Source: Stegostoma tigrinum (Eukaryota). From it: 64,000 nucleotides of DNA. The notes beneath the pieces were generated by a model. That model was not told the origin of the DNA and searched no databases. It saw only the letters and a program-made list of their open reading frames with translations. Position numbers and translations under genes: made by a program. The DNA lies in assembly GCF_030684315.1 (NCBI RefSeq), contig NC_081373.1, positions 47,878,066-47,942,065 on the forward strand, read 5' to 3'. Positions within the stretch are counted from its first letter, which is position 1; each line of letters starts with the position of its first letter. Shown here piece by piece: positions 13,693 to 27,068 of this stretch.

Positions 13693-14740
13693 ATCGATAA
13701 CAAAGTGTGGAGCTGGATGAACACAGCAGGCCAAGCAGCTTCTCAGGAGCACAAAAGCTGACGTTTTGGGCCTAGTCCCTTCGTCAGAAATGGGGTATCG
13801 GGAGAAGGTTCTGAAATAATTAGTGAGAGAGGGGGAGGCGGATCGAAGAAGGATAGATGAGAAAATAGGTGGAGAGGAGAGTATAGGTGGGGAGGTAGGG
13901 AGTGGATAGGTCAGTCTGGGGAGGACGGACAGGTCAAGGGGATGGGATGATGTTAGTAGGTAGGAAATGGAAATGCGGCTTGAGGTGGGAGGAGGGGATA
14001 AGTGAGACAAAGAACAGGTTAGGGAGGCGGGGATGAGCTGGGCTGGTTTTGGGATGCAGTGGGAGGAGGGGAGATTTTGAAGCTTGTGAAGTCCACATTG
14101 ATACCATTGGGCTGCAGGGTTCCCAAGCGGAATATGAGTTGCTGTTCCTGCACCCTTTGGGTGGCATCATTGTGGCACTGCAGGAGGCCCAGGATGGACA
14201 TGTCGTCTAAGGAATGGGAGGGGGAGTTGAAATGGTTCGTGACTGGGAGGTGCAGTTGTTTATTGCAAATTGAGTGTGGGGGTTCTGCAAAGCAGTCCCC
14301 AAGCCTCCGCTTGGTTTCCCCAATGTAGAGGATGCCACACCGGGTACAGTGGATGCAGTATACCACATTGGCAGATGTGCAGGTGAACATCTGCTTGATG
14401 TGGAATGTCATCTTGGGGCCTGGGATGGGGGTGAGGGAGGAGGTGTGTGGGCAGGTGTAGCATTTCCTGCGGTTGCAGGGGAAGGTGCCGGGTGTGGTGG
14501 GGATAGAGGGGAGTGTGGAGCGAACAAGGGAGTCATGGAGAGAGTGGTCTCTCCGGAATGCAGATAAGCTGGGGAGGGAAAAATGTCTTTGGTGGTGGGG
14601 TCGGATTGTAGATGGCAGAAGTATTGAGGATGATGCATTGTATCTGGAGGTTGGTGGGGTGGTATTTGTGGATTTTGGGAAGAGGACAGAAGCCGGTGGT
14701 GCAGGTTTGGGGAACAATGAGGTTGGAGGCTGTGGGTAGG
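13693..14740 (-). mobile_element. Penelope-like element 3' part (GIY-YIG endonuclease plus terminal repeat), inverted arm
   Basis: PCNRRKCYTC, FTCTSANVVYCIHCTRCGILYIGETKRRL, EQQLIFRLGTLQPNGIN; hammerhead-like core at about 13758-13787. Confidence 0.9.
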
Positions 14741-14749
14741 AGGTCAGCT

Positions 14750-16094
14750 GAGGTGACCTCTCTTTCTCCATCTTAGGCAACCATCTAGAAACCGACGTCC
14801 ATTTCAAGCCCACCGACTCTCACAACTACCTAGAATACACCTCCTCCCACCCACCTTCCTGCAAAAATTCCATCTCCTATTCCCATTCCTTTGCCTCTGC
14901 CGCACCTGCTCCCAGGATGAGGCATTCCACTCCCACACATCCCAATGTCCTCGTTCTTCAAGGACCGCAACTTCCGCCCCCGCAGTGATCAAGAATGCCC
15001 TCGACCGTGTTTCCCGCATTTCCCGCAACTCATCCCTCACACCCCGTCCCCACAATAACCGCCAAAAGAGAATCCCCCTAGTCCTCACATACCACCCCAC
15101 CAACCACCAAATACAACGCATCATCCTCCGACACTTCCACCGTCTACAATCCGACCCCATCACCCAAGACATTTTTCCATCCCCACCCTTGTCTACCTTC
15201 CGGAGAAACCACTCTTTCCGGGACTCCCTTGTCCGCTCCACACTCCCCTCCAACCCCACCACACCCGGCACCTTCCCCACAACCGCAGGAAGTGCTACAC
15301 TTGCCCCCACACCTCCTCCCTCACCCCCATCCCAGGCCCCAAGATGACTTTCCACATCCAGCAGCTGTTCACCTGCAGATCTGCTAATGTGGTATACTGC
15401 CTCCGCTGTACACGGTGTGGCTTCATCTACATTGGCGAAACCAAGCAGAGGCTTGGGAATGGCTTTGCAGAACACTTCCGCTCAGTTCGCAATAAACAAC
15501 TGCACCTCCCAGTCGCGAACCATTTCAACTCCCCCTTCCACTCCTTAGATGACATGACCATCCTGCCTCCTGCAGTACCATAATGATGCCACCCGAAGGT
15601 TGCGGGAACAGCAACTCATTATCTGCTTGGGAACCCTGCAGCCCAATGGTATCAATGTGGACTTCACAAGCTTCAAAATCTCCCCTCCCCCCCACTGCAT
15701 CCCGAAAGCAGTCCAGCTCGTTCCCACCTCCCTAACCTGTTCTTCCTCTCACCTATCCCCTCCTCCCACCTCAAGCCGCACTTCCACTTCCTCCCTACTA
15801 ACCTCATCCAGCTCCCTTGACCTATCCGTCCTCCCCAGACTGACCTATCCTCTCCCTATCTCCCCACCCATTCTCTCATCTCCAACTATCTACTCCTCTA
15901 TCCATCTTCAATCTCCCTCCCCCTCTCTCCCTATTTATTTCAGAACCCTCTCCCCATCCCCTTTTTCTGATGAAGGGTCTAGGCCCAAAACGTCAGCTTT
16001 TGTGCTCCTAAGATGCTGCTTGGCCTGCTGTGTTCATCCAGCTCTCCACGTGTTTATCTCAGATTTTTCAGCATCTGCAGTTCCCATTATGTCT
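14750..16094 (+). mobile_element. Penelope-like element 3' part (RT C-terminus, linker, GIY-YIG, terminal repeat)
   Basis: TDVHFKPTDSHNYLEYTSSHP, RIPLVLTYHP, CRSANVVYCLRCTRCGFIYIGETKQRL; frameshifted; 12-bp TSD gatccataattc at 13681-13692 and 16095-16106 flanks both arms. Confidence 0.9.
15967..15996 (+). ncRNA. Minimal type-I hammerhead-ribozyme-like motif (core mutated GAAA to AAAA)
   Basis: CTGATGA-aGGGtctaggCCC-aAAA-CGTC; minimal hammerheads are known from Penelope terminal repeats; stem I is weak here. Confidence 0.5.
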
Positions 16095-17307
16095 GATCCA
16101 TAATTCCTATCTCCTTTACACTCTCACTCATCCATTCAAGACTCATTAACGATAAAAATTTATAACTTGTATGTGGTGATTTGTCTTCTATTATCTCAGA
16201 TGTTGTGTGCATGGAAAAAATCCCAACATATCAGTGACAACAGATGATGATGTGAGCACCAGTGATGGCAGCAAATTGTAGAATAAGTCAACGATCTCAA
16301 ATAATACCTCTATACGAAATTACTGTTGTGGAGTCCTAAGAGAGTTGACACAAGGGATTATTCTTGCTGAACATCAAAGCAATTTGTCAATTGAAAAACA
16401 GTTTTACGTGTTACAAATAAACATATTAAGAGCTTCTCTAACAAGCCTCCAATAGATGGCAGTACTGTAAAAGTTATTCACATCCCAAAAGATATTTGTA
16501 GGCAGGCTCAAGGAGTAGATTTTATCAAGTTCGTTCTCCGTTATATATGCAATCCTGCTGGGCCCACTGACCTGCACTCCTAACATGTGCCACAGGAACA
16601 GGTTTGTAAAATCTAACCTTTGAAATTGTCACACCAATCATGAAGCATTTTCTTGTTAGACTGTCAGATCAATCAGTATTGTAACCTAAATGTCGAAGAA
16701 TACAGCTTTTCAGCTTTTATCGCCCATTTTGAAATTTGTCAAAGTAAAACAAATGAGAAGCATAGTCAACCATCTGAAATAAGCTCTTTTAAGACATTTT
16801 CATGGAGAAACTGTGACAAGATTCCCAAAATCCAAGGAATTAACACCCTGACTGACATGCTTAGTGATTTTTTAAACTGTCAGGTCCATTTGTTAAAACT
16901 GTTTAAAACCTTAATTGTATTCATTATTTAACATTCTTTTGAGGTTTAAAAAAACCAGGATAGTTTTAGCTTGTGAGCAATTCAATAAGGAGTAATTTAA
17001 AATCAGCCTAGGATTGATAGAAGATTAAACTGGCACTTCTAACGTTGAATCACATCAGGCATTAGTCAGTTGTACTAGAAGGCAGATATTTCTGTAAAAC
17101 TGGGACTCTACTCCCTATTGGATTCTACCATCCCTGTGGATCACTAGTTGTTCGGCTTGGAATTTTGATGTCATCCCCCCATCTGACTGTACCTGAAGAT
17201 AGCTAGACTATCCTCTCTTAAATGCAATTTCTTTACATTATCTCCTTTTCTTTATATTTAGCCTCTGTTTTCACCCTATTTAGTTTGTTTGCTTGAATCT
17301 TATACAT

Positions 17308-17641
17308 CATAGAATCCCTAGAGTGAGGAAACAGGTCATTTGGCCCATCATACCCACAATAACCCTCCAATGTGCATTCCACCCAGACCTTTTAACCCTG
17401 CATTTCCCATTGCTAATCCACCTACCTGCACATCCGTCGATACTATGGACAATCTAGCATGGCCAATCCACCTAACCTGTACATCTTTGGATTGTGGGAG
17501 GAATCCAGAGCACCATGAGGAAACCCATGCAGGCACATGGAAATGTGCAAACTCCACACAGACAGTTGCCCAAGGCTGGAATTTTACCCGGGTCCCTGGC
17601 GCTGTGAGGCAGCAGTGCTGACCACTGAGCCACCATGCCAC
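17308..17641 (-). mobile_element. HE1-type tRNA-derived SINE, full length
   Basis: Head gtggcatggtggctcagtggtcagcactgctgcctcacagcgccagggacccgggt (A box, degenerate B box); CR1-like tail gggattctatg. Confidence 0.85.
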
Positions 17642-19913
17642 CCTATCTTCCTTAATGTGAGCATAAATCATAAACATACCACTGCAATCCAGAGCTACTA
17701 TGTTCTCGCCTCTTACTTTGCTATGGTTTTAGACAGAGAGAGATATAATTATCATTAATGTATGTAGTTCTGAGGTAATATACAACACAGTAACAAATTC
17801 TGAATAATAGCCATTTCAAACCTGAAGTATCCACATTGTATTTGATGCATTTTATTAACAAATCAAACAGACATGATCGATCCTTTCAACATAAGCGTAC
17901 AAACAAACACTTGTTTAAAAAAGTCAGAGACCAGGACATTTTATCACAGTTAGATAGCAGCCAGCAGAGTGACAGCCAAAGGTCAGCACAAAGCAAACAT
18001 CAACAAGGTTCATTGTCCTTGAAGGCATATTGGTGCATTTTATCAACAGATAAGTGTTCTAAGGTTTTTTTTTAATATCCGCTAATGTAATTCTGATGAA
18101 CATCTTTCAACATGACACTGTTCTGTGCTGTGTTTCTAATATCCACCAATGTGCACTAACATTTTTTTCTATGTGTACAATCTTTCAATCATTCTTTACA
18201 CAGGAAGCATCTGCAATTGATATTTTAGTTATCCATATGAGGGGATTTCATATATAGAATATCCCTGCTCCCAATTCCACTCGACTTATTTCTTGAGGCC
18301 ACAGTGTGAAATCCATACTGTAAATGCAATTTCACTTACGCTGTTCTGCCATCACTTTCTTATCAGTTGCACTCAATTTCAACTTCAATCTGGATATGGC
18401 ATTGCAAGTCAATATTCTGGGTTTTATTGCATCCACCCATTCAGCAAGCTGGATTTGGAGGATAAATGCAATGAAAATTGGACAAGTCCTACAATAGGTG
18501 GGTGATCTGTTCTGGCAGATTATGGCCCAGGCAGTGAAGCTGAAAATCTGACCCATCATTTCAAAGTGGCATCTGATGGCTTGCTTTGTAATTTTTCCTA
18601 TCTCTACCCCTGCAGTAAGTTTTTATGCATAATCTGGCCATCCCATCCCAAATGTTTGAACTTGTGTGTGTGATGCAATAGATACAAACTTAAACCACGC
18701 AGGCTGCTGAATAGTGAATTGTAGTACCAATGCCTTTCTCTGCTAACTTATCTCCTTGTGAGTGATTTATATTGGTCACAGATTTTAGTGCCTTTCCCCT
18801 GCAAATTTTCCTTCAGATTAATGTGGCTGACATGTCTCCTAACAGCCAACTCAGTATCAGAGGCCAAAAGGGATAAGAACTTTGACGAGGGATAATGTTA
18901 TATTTAAGGAAGGAATGATGATAAATAGTGAGAGAGGGAAAAGCCTTGATGGTTTAAAGGTATTATTATCAAAAATTTATACCAACATGATATATTGAGG
19001 ATCTGTTGCTCCACAAAATGAGAAATAATAAATTAACAAGATCTGTGGAGAAATAAGTGAATGAAAGTTTGAATGACAAGTCTTAAAAATGAAGGAACCA
19101 TTCACTCTACAAGTTTAATGTTAGTGTAAAGCAGTTTCAACTTTGTATATTCATGTCTTGTTTAGTTCCAAAATGGTGTGGAGTAGCACTTCTTCATCTA
19201 GGGACTCATTCCTTCCCATGCACTGACTCCAAATTCAGACAGCATTTCCATTATACATGTAATGCAAAGGGAAGATACCAATATCAAAAACTGTAGTGTA
19301 AAAAGCAAATTCTCATAGAAATTTTGGAAGATTTCTCCATGGATGAAATTTTACAGGGCCCTTAGTTAGGATGAGCATTCACGACAACTAATTATGCATA
19401 TACACTTCATTGGCATTAAAGAAAGATTTTATTTTACTAAACCAACGGAATATTCGTTGAGGTTTGGGAGGGTTTCTGATCCACCACCCATGGTGGAAAC
19501 ATAGCATTGAGTTAGAAAATTTATTTTGCGTACAGTTTGGAGCACTGGAAGTTTCTAATCTGATCTTCAAGGAGACTTGAGGAAAGTCAAGTGGCTCATT
19601 GTTGAAATCAAGCCTTAAAAATGATTCAAAGGATGTATTGCTTTCTATAAATATCCAAGTGGAACATAATTCTGGTAAGCATTGAAATAAATGCGTAAAA
19701 AGATATAATTACAGAAAGCTTTCACTTATATTTCAACATTTCTCATCCTGAAACACTTTAGGGCTAATCAATGCCTTTTCAAGTGTAGTCACTAAAAAGC
19801 CATAGCATTGGTTACTCTCTCTTTAAAGAAAGAGACATAACTGGTGTGTTTTAACCTCAGGGTTACCACTCCCTCAGGTCAGGGGTGCGGTTGAGAGGGT
19901 AGGACTTGAATGG

Positions 19914-20012
19914 TTCTGAGGAACAGTGATCGGATCTAAAACGTTAACTCTGATATTTTTCTTCTCAGATGCTGCCAGGCCTACTGAGCTTTCCCAGCAG
20001 CTTCTGCTTTTG
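19914..20012 (+). mobile_element. Penelope-like terminal-repeat fragment
   Basis: ctgaggaacagtgatcggatctaaaacgttaactc...gatgctgccaggcctactgagctttcccagc; inverted partner at 20191-20290. Confidence 0.65.
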
Positions 20013-20190
20013 ATCCATACAGTTATATTACCTTTCCCATGCTGGCATATCAATTAAATTGATATTTTAAATATGTAATGCTCCTCTTACGTTGTCATTC
20101 TGCCCCTTTGCACTGGCATTCAACTTAGTATTGTTTCAAAACTCCATGATCTTGTCAGCTCTCCTCCCAAATTCATCCTATTATTCTTTG

Positions 20191-20290
20191 AACAAAAACA
20201 GAAGTTGCTGGAAAAGCTCAGCAGGTCTGGCAGCATCTGTGAAGAAAAACACAGAGTTAACATTTCGGGTCCGGTAACCCTTCCTCAGAA
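20191..20290 (-). mobile_element. Penelope-like terminal-repeat fragment with near-intact hammerhead core
   Basis: Minus strand CTGAGGA-aGGGTtaccggACCC-GAAA-tGTTaac. Confidence 0.7.
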
Positions 20291-21111
20291 ATATTATTTT
20301 TTGAGTTGGGAATCTGCCCAAGTATTAGCCTAGCTACACCAATCCTTTCTGTCGGCAGTCTCACAATTATCCTCCTGCTGATCAAATGTTCAGTTGCCTA
20401 TCCTAAATCTTCATTCTCTTTGTTGCATTAATCTGTAAAAGCTTTAAAATATAAATCTCACATCAATTTTTCTCATGGCCACATATGCCCCAGTGAAATA
20501 TCAGGGTTATTTCTTGCTGGAATTTAACTACAATTTCCTCGTTGTAGTTTATAATTTTTTATTATTGTGATTGTCATAGATATAGATGTAGGCCATTTAG
20601 CCCCAAGTCTTTTTGTGCCATTCAATTAGATTATTGCTGATCTGTATCGTCATTTTCATACCTTGTTAATATGACACTAACTACTTATTCCTAAGCACAC
20701 ATGAATGTACAAAATACGAGCAGAGCATTTGGCAGTATACACATGCTCCACCAATCAATCAGGTCAGGGCTGATCTATTTGTGTATCAATTTCTACATTC
20801 CCATCTATGCTCAACAACTTTTGATTCCGTCGTCTAATGAGAATCCATCGCTGCCTGAAAAATTTTCAATTGACCCACTTCCTTGATTTCTGAGGCAGAG
20901 TTCTCTGAAGTTGTTCAACCCTCTGAGAATCACAAAATTCACAGAGAAAAAAAAAATTCTCTCATCTCTGTTCAGAAGGATGACGTCCAATAATAAGAAC
21001 AGTGACCCCTAGTTCTGGGCTCACCCATTCTATTTCAATTCCACTTTGCTAAGGTTGTTCAGGGTGTTATTAACTTCAGTCAAGTTACCCCTCACTCTTT
21101 TAGCCTCTAAT

Positions 21112-21412
21112 CATAGAAGCCCTACAGTGTGGAAGTGGGCCATTCGGCTCATCGAGCCTAACCCTCCGAAGAGCAAAGTGTCACCCCCGCCAACCCTATC
21201 CCTGTAAACCCACATTTTCCAACTAGCTTACACATCCCTGAACACTATAGCCAATCTAGCGTGGCCAATCCACCTAACCTGCACATTTTTGGAGGAAACC
21301 CACACCAACATGGGGAAAGTGTGCAAACTCTACGTGGACAGTCACGCAAGGGTAGAATCAAATCCGGATCCCTGGCCCTGTGAGGCAGCAGTGCTATTCA
21401 CTGAGCCACCAC
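21112..21412 (-). mobile_element. HE1-type SINE
   Basis: ccctggccctgtgaggcagcagtgctattcactgagccacc head and ggccaatccacctaacctgcaca core. Confidence 0.8.
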
Positions 21413-21619
21413 GCCTGATGGAAACAAGGCCAACACATCCAGACTATCTGCATAAGACAACCCATTTAATCCAGGTAACAATTTAATAAATCTTCTCTGA
21501 ACTGCCTTGAATGCTTTTAAACCCTTCTCTGAATAAGGAGTCCAAACTATACACAGATGTTGACTCACTAATTGCCTCTATAAACGAAGCATAACATTCC
21601 TGCTTTTATAAAACATTAT

Positions 21620-22435
21620 GTCCATGACTTTCACCAACCTCTCCACTTCTGCAAATCTCTCCATGACAGCCTCATCTCTCAACGTGGTATAGCCCATTTC
21701 CACCTTCACCCCAAAATCTATTAACAGGGCTGCTTGGGCAAACCTACCATTCCTTCCTCACAGGAATTATTCTTCCTAACTTGACTATATTTTTCTCCCT
21801 GTCCAGTTTCTCAATATTTACATTTGTGATTCTTAGGATGCTTTACTGCAGTTTCAAATTTCCAGTTTGTGGGCTCTAGCTGAATCCCTCTTGGCCATAG
21901 ATGTGCAATTCCTTTAGTCGTCCATCTCCCATCAGGATGGTCTCAGGTCCCTCTGCTTCTTTGTGGAAAATAGGTCAGAACCACCCCCATCAACATCCAC
22001 TCTCCTCCACCTGGCAGATCTCATCCTCACTCTGGACAACCCCTTTAACTCCTCTCATTTTCTTCAGGTCAGATTTGTGGCCATAGGTATCTGCATGAGC
22101 CCCAGTTTAGTAGAAAATCCCTTGTTCCAATCTTACTCAGGTCTCTCCCACATATCTCTTCAGTACTTCTTCCCTTGGTGCTGCTTTCTACTCTTGTTCT
22201 GAACTGGAGAAATTTATCAATTCGCTTCCAATTACCATTCTGCTCTCACCTTCACCTGTCCATCTTCACCTCCTCTCTTCCCTTCCTCAACATCACCGTT
22301 TCTATTTCTGGGGATAGGCTGGCGAACAATATACATTACAAACCCACTGACTTCCAGTTATCTTAAATATATATCTTCACACTTTGCTTTTTGAAAGGAC
22401 TCCATCCCATTCTCCCAGTCTCTCTGTCTCCAAAT
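21620..22435 (+). mobile_element. Decayed Penelope-like RT fragment
   Basis: PPSTSTLLHLADLILTLDN.FNSSHFLQV..VAIG..MSP and SSLPFLNITVSISGDRLANNIHYKPTD motifs. Confidence 0.65.
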
Positions 22436-22915
22436 GCACCACAGAAAGCATTCTATCCAGATGTATCATGGCATGATAAGGTAACTGCACTGTCCAGGAC
22501 TGTATGAAACTACAGAGAGTTGTGAGCACAGTCTAGTCCATCACACAGGCCAACCTTCCACACACTGACTCCATTACTTTTCTTGCTGCCTCAGGAGAGA
22601 AGCCAACATAATCAAAGACTGCTCCCATCCCCAAATATATTCTCTTCAAACCTCTTCTAAAGGGCAGAAACTACAAAAGCTTAAACACAAAACCAACAGA
22701 TTCAAGAAAAGCTTCTTCCCCACTGTTATTAGACTTCTAAATAGACCTCTCAAATTTTAAATTTAATGATGATCTTGCTTCTCTGCAGCTAACATTGTAT
22801 TCCTCACACTGTTTTATTGCCCGAAAGCACTTTGCATGATAAGGATCTACCTGTACTGCAAGCAAAACAAAACTTCACTGTATCGAGGTATGTGACAATA
22901 ATAAATCAAATTAGA
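22436..22915 (+). mobile_element. Rex1/Babar LINE 3' end
   Basis: agaaagcattctatccagatg...ttcaagaaaagcttcttcccc...tgtgacaataataaatcaaa; parallels 49480-49975. Confidence 0.65.
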
Positions 22916-25900
22916 TCAACATGCATTGCCTAAACCTAAACATAATGTTCTGAATAGGGTCCAGCCAAAAATATGAACACTTGGATTTTCACCTATTTCA
23001 GGGCCCTTGAAATAAAAGTCAACTTTTCATGAAGCTATTAAATTATTTTTCATATCCATGCACTAGCTTTTAATAGGATATGCATTTAGACCTCTTAACA
23101 TTTGTTCCTCATATAATGCTATGATTTTTCTGCCAGAACTGACCTTTGTTTCAGTTCTATTTTGGTTTGCTTCTCTTAGCTAGCTATAAGCATTGCTATT
23201 ATGTAATTCAAAAATGAAGGAATGAAATGAGACTAACCAGAATATGTTCAATATTAAATACATGATTTCAAGAAGCAAAGTTTGAAAACAATGAAGCATT
23301 CTGTAAGTTAATTTACTCCCAGAAATAAGCTGAAGGTGAACTTTGTCAAGAAAAATCTCATGCTTTTAAAGCTTGAATTCTATTTTAGTAGTTAATGCAA
23401 TACATACCCACGAAAAACAAGGTCCAGTTAATTAGCTGTCTGCAAAATTGATGAAGGGATTAATTAAAAGTAGTCACAGGAAGAAAAGCAAGCTACACAA
23501 AGGGAAAGATTCAACTGGGAATTATTCCTTTTGGTGAGATGAAAGTAGGATAAGTAGCCAATCTGCTAAAAATTCTCAGTTTGAGGCCTGAGCAATTTTA
23601 ACAGCTGGACCTCATTTCCTTGATACCTTCAGCTATCAGCTTGAGACAAGTGGATGGAGACAGCTAAATGGATTGAGGCAGATTCAAATCATCTACCAAA
23701 ACCAAGGTATGCAGCACAAGACTGAGGCCTTTTTGTGGGATGTAGAGTAACAGTCAGCCCAGACATTTCTCGATGTGGTCCAGAAGACCTCTCGGGATCA
23801 TCTTGATCCTAAGGAAATTTTACAACTTATCTTGGAAGGTGCCTTTTCCCATACCAATATCTCAGTATATAAACTGCTCAGGAAGCCAACGGCATCAAGA
23901 GAACTTGCATATATAAGGGGAAAGCTCCTGTCTGTGACAGACAATTAACTCATCTGCCTAAAATAAAGGAATCAGAGCTAGTCTGAATCAGCAAGGGTAG
24001 AGCTACAAGTCTCTGCAGAACTATTAGTTCTTCTGAGTGGATTGAGCTAACATCCCCTCCAAAGTTTTCTGAGATGAATGTGTGAGAATATTGGGAAGAA
24101 AAGATATTTGTGTCGAGATAATAGAAATATGTGGACAAATTCACATATGGAGGCACCAAAATTTATGCAAACATCATCCCAAATAAACGAAATGAATGAT
24201 TGTCTGCTTAAAAAAAAGCGCAATAGGAAGGTAGCAGAAGTGGGCAGGCCATTTGTGCATATTTATATATCCTTGGTGAAAATCTTAAGTACTTAAAGAA
24301 ATAGAAGCAGAATTAAGCTACATTCCCATTTAGACCACTCTGATAGTCAACAAGATCATGGCTAATCTTTTACTTCAACTGCACCATCCTCTCTCACTCC
24401 AATAGCCCACAATTGCTTTACTGCCCTAAACACTTGGAAATCTCAACCTTGAATACACTCTTTGACTGAAGATCCAAAGCTATGTGGGGTAGGCCATGAC
24501 AAAAATTCACAAGCTTCTGATTAAAGAAATTTTCCTAATTTCAATCTTAAATGGCAGACTCCTTAACCCAAGACTTTGGGTCCTCAACTTGTCACCCAGG
24601 GGAAATAACCTCAGCCTGTCATATCGTGCCAATTCGAGTAAGAATGTTACATGTTCCAATGAAATTGCATTTCACACTTCTAAACATGAGATAACATAAG
24701 TTCAATCTACAAAATCACTCGTAGAACAGCCCCAGGAATTAATCCAGTCAACGTTTGTGGCACCCCCTAAGATGAGTATATTTTCCCACAGATAAGACAA
24801 AAAGCAAAAGTTTTTTTTAACATTTATTTGTGGGACATGGGCGTCGCTGGCAGGTCAACATTTTATTGTCCATCCCATGTTGCCCTTCAGAAGGTGGTGA
24901 TGAGCTGCCTTCAAACCAACGCAGTCCACCTGCTGTAGCTTTTCCACAATGGGTGAGGCCTGATCATAGCCCTTCATGATAGTAGCAAGACTTCTTCTCC
25001 CTATTCTGCAACCCCTCCCTTTAAAAACTAATAAATCATTGCTTTCAAATTGCTCACTGCACCTGCAGGTTGGCTGCCTGCAATTCATGCGTAAGGATAC
25101 ATAAACATTCATGAAAGCAAACTTATATTAATTTCTTACCTATTAAAAACATTCAGATTTCCCATTTTTTTTCTACTGAAGTAGATACTATTACGCTCTC
25201 TGATTTTTGGCTTCCTCTGCCACCTTCTTGCCCAGTTACTTGGTTAGTCTAAAGAAATAAACTGTGGAAGTGATTGCTGACAAATGTATTAAGAACATTG
25301 TAAAAATGTTCTACTAATTTTAATGTGGTGAAGGGAGAGTTGGAACTATAAAATTTAAAGGTGTCAGTGAACTTAAAGAAGCTAAAAGTAGCAGACTGAA
25401 GATAAATAATGAACATATATTCCCTTGTTTGGGAAGGTACCAAAGAAGAAATTTGGAAGGTTCTAGCACATTAGAAAAATGCCAACATTGTGAGCTAACA
25501 GAACTTTGATGATGGAGCTATTACTAAAATTATGTCAAAAGGCATCTTTGGGGAGTCGGTGGCATAAATATTCAGAAGAGTTGAAGTGTACAACAGATCT
25601 AGGCATCATTACAATCTCATTAGTTGAGTAGCAATAACTGATTCTTAGAAGTACATTTGAGATATGTGTAACATAATAATGGAATATGATACAGCCAGCC
25701 TGGATTTATAAGAAGATTTTGCTGAACAAACTTCCTTGATTATTTTCAGGTTTGGCACACCTTAAACAGATTGGTATTTTTATTTAACAAAATTTAATGG
25801 AATTTTAAAATGTGGAATGGTTTGCAGAGCAAGTTAAATCCAAGAAAACGATGAGCTGACACATGAATTGTAACACGCATGAGATGTTGAATGGAGTACT

Positions 25901-25927
25901 AAGGAAGGCCAATACTTTAGCCCTGAA

Positions 25928-26070
25928 ACAAAAACAGGAAATGTTGGAGAAACTCAGGAAGTCTGGCAGTATCTGTAGACAGGCACAGAATTAATGTTTC
26001 GAGTCTGATATGACTCTTCTTCAGCACTTTCAGACTTGCACCACCCACAGTACTTTGCTTTTATTTCAGC
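25928..26070. mobile_element. Penelope-like terminal-repeat remnant with hammerhead core on minus strand (25990-26024)
   Basis: Minus strand CTGAAGA-aGAGTCatatcaGACTC-GAAAC-ATT; 5-bp stem II; embedded in a very old CR1 (about 25560-26740). Confidence 0.6.
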
Positions 26071-26771
26071 ACTTGAGTACTTGTTGTTTTCAAACAACCT
26101 CAATAACAGATTGACTATAATCTTATTGGATTTGCTGATGGCCTAAACCAACATAATGATAAATTACGTTTTACATTCAAGTCAAAAACATGGAAACACA
26201 AGTATATAATGGATGGAAATGATTTACAGAGACATAGGAAAGGGTCATAGGATAATAGCAGTTATGTCAGTACACATTTCTGGACAGAAATGATAAACAA
26301 TTGAATTCCAGATAGATTTATATAGACCAGAACAGTCAAATATATCTATAGATTGGGCAAAGCTTTAAAATGCGCTGGTCAGACCACATTTAGTAAATTT
26401 TGGTCATCATGCCATGAAAACCATACATGCATTATGAAGGGTACAAAGTGTTAGAAATTGAACCCAAGTATAAAATGGATGAAGTAGAGAAACAATCTAA
26501 GAAGTTTACATTTTACTGTCATGAAAAAAAGACTAGTTAAAGGCGGTTACCAAACAGTGCAAATAAACAAGAGCAAGATTGTTATTTTATCATAAAGAAA
26601 AGTAGAATTTAAGCAAATAAATTATTAAAAAGTTTGCATTTAAATAGAAATTATGGAGATCTTTGCCCAATAAAATGGCAGTCACTTGGAATGCTATAGT
26701 ATTGAACGCAAAAAAATAGTACTTTTGTGAAGGTATGAGTTCTTGTAAAAGAAGCTCAGGAACAATAAAAG

Positions 26772-27068
26772 GGTGGCATCGTGGTTAGCACTGCTGCTTC
26801 ACAGCACAAGGAACTTGGGTTTGATTCCAACCTCAGGCAACTGTCCATGTGGAGTTTACATGTCCCCTGCTTCATGCTCCAGTTTCCTCCCACAGTGCAG
26901 GTTAGGTGAGTTGGCCAGACTAAATTGCCCAGCTATTTGCAAGCTAGGTAGCTTAGCCATGGGAAATGTAGGATTACACTGATGGTGTAGGGGGGTGGGT
27001 TTGGGTGGGATGCTCTTCAGAGAGTCAGTGTGGACTCAATGGGCCTGCCTTTATGCTCTAAGGAATTA
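26772..27068 (+). mobile_element. HE1-type SINE
   Basis: gtggttagcactgctgcttcacagcacaaggaacttgggtttgattccaacc (B box) plus the conserved core. Confidence 0.8.

Noticed and set aside
17560-17641. tRNA gene
   Set aside because: A/B boxes belong to a SINE head; no full cloverleaf and a SINE body follows (same for other copies)
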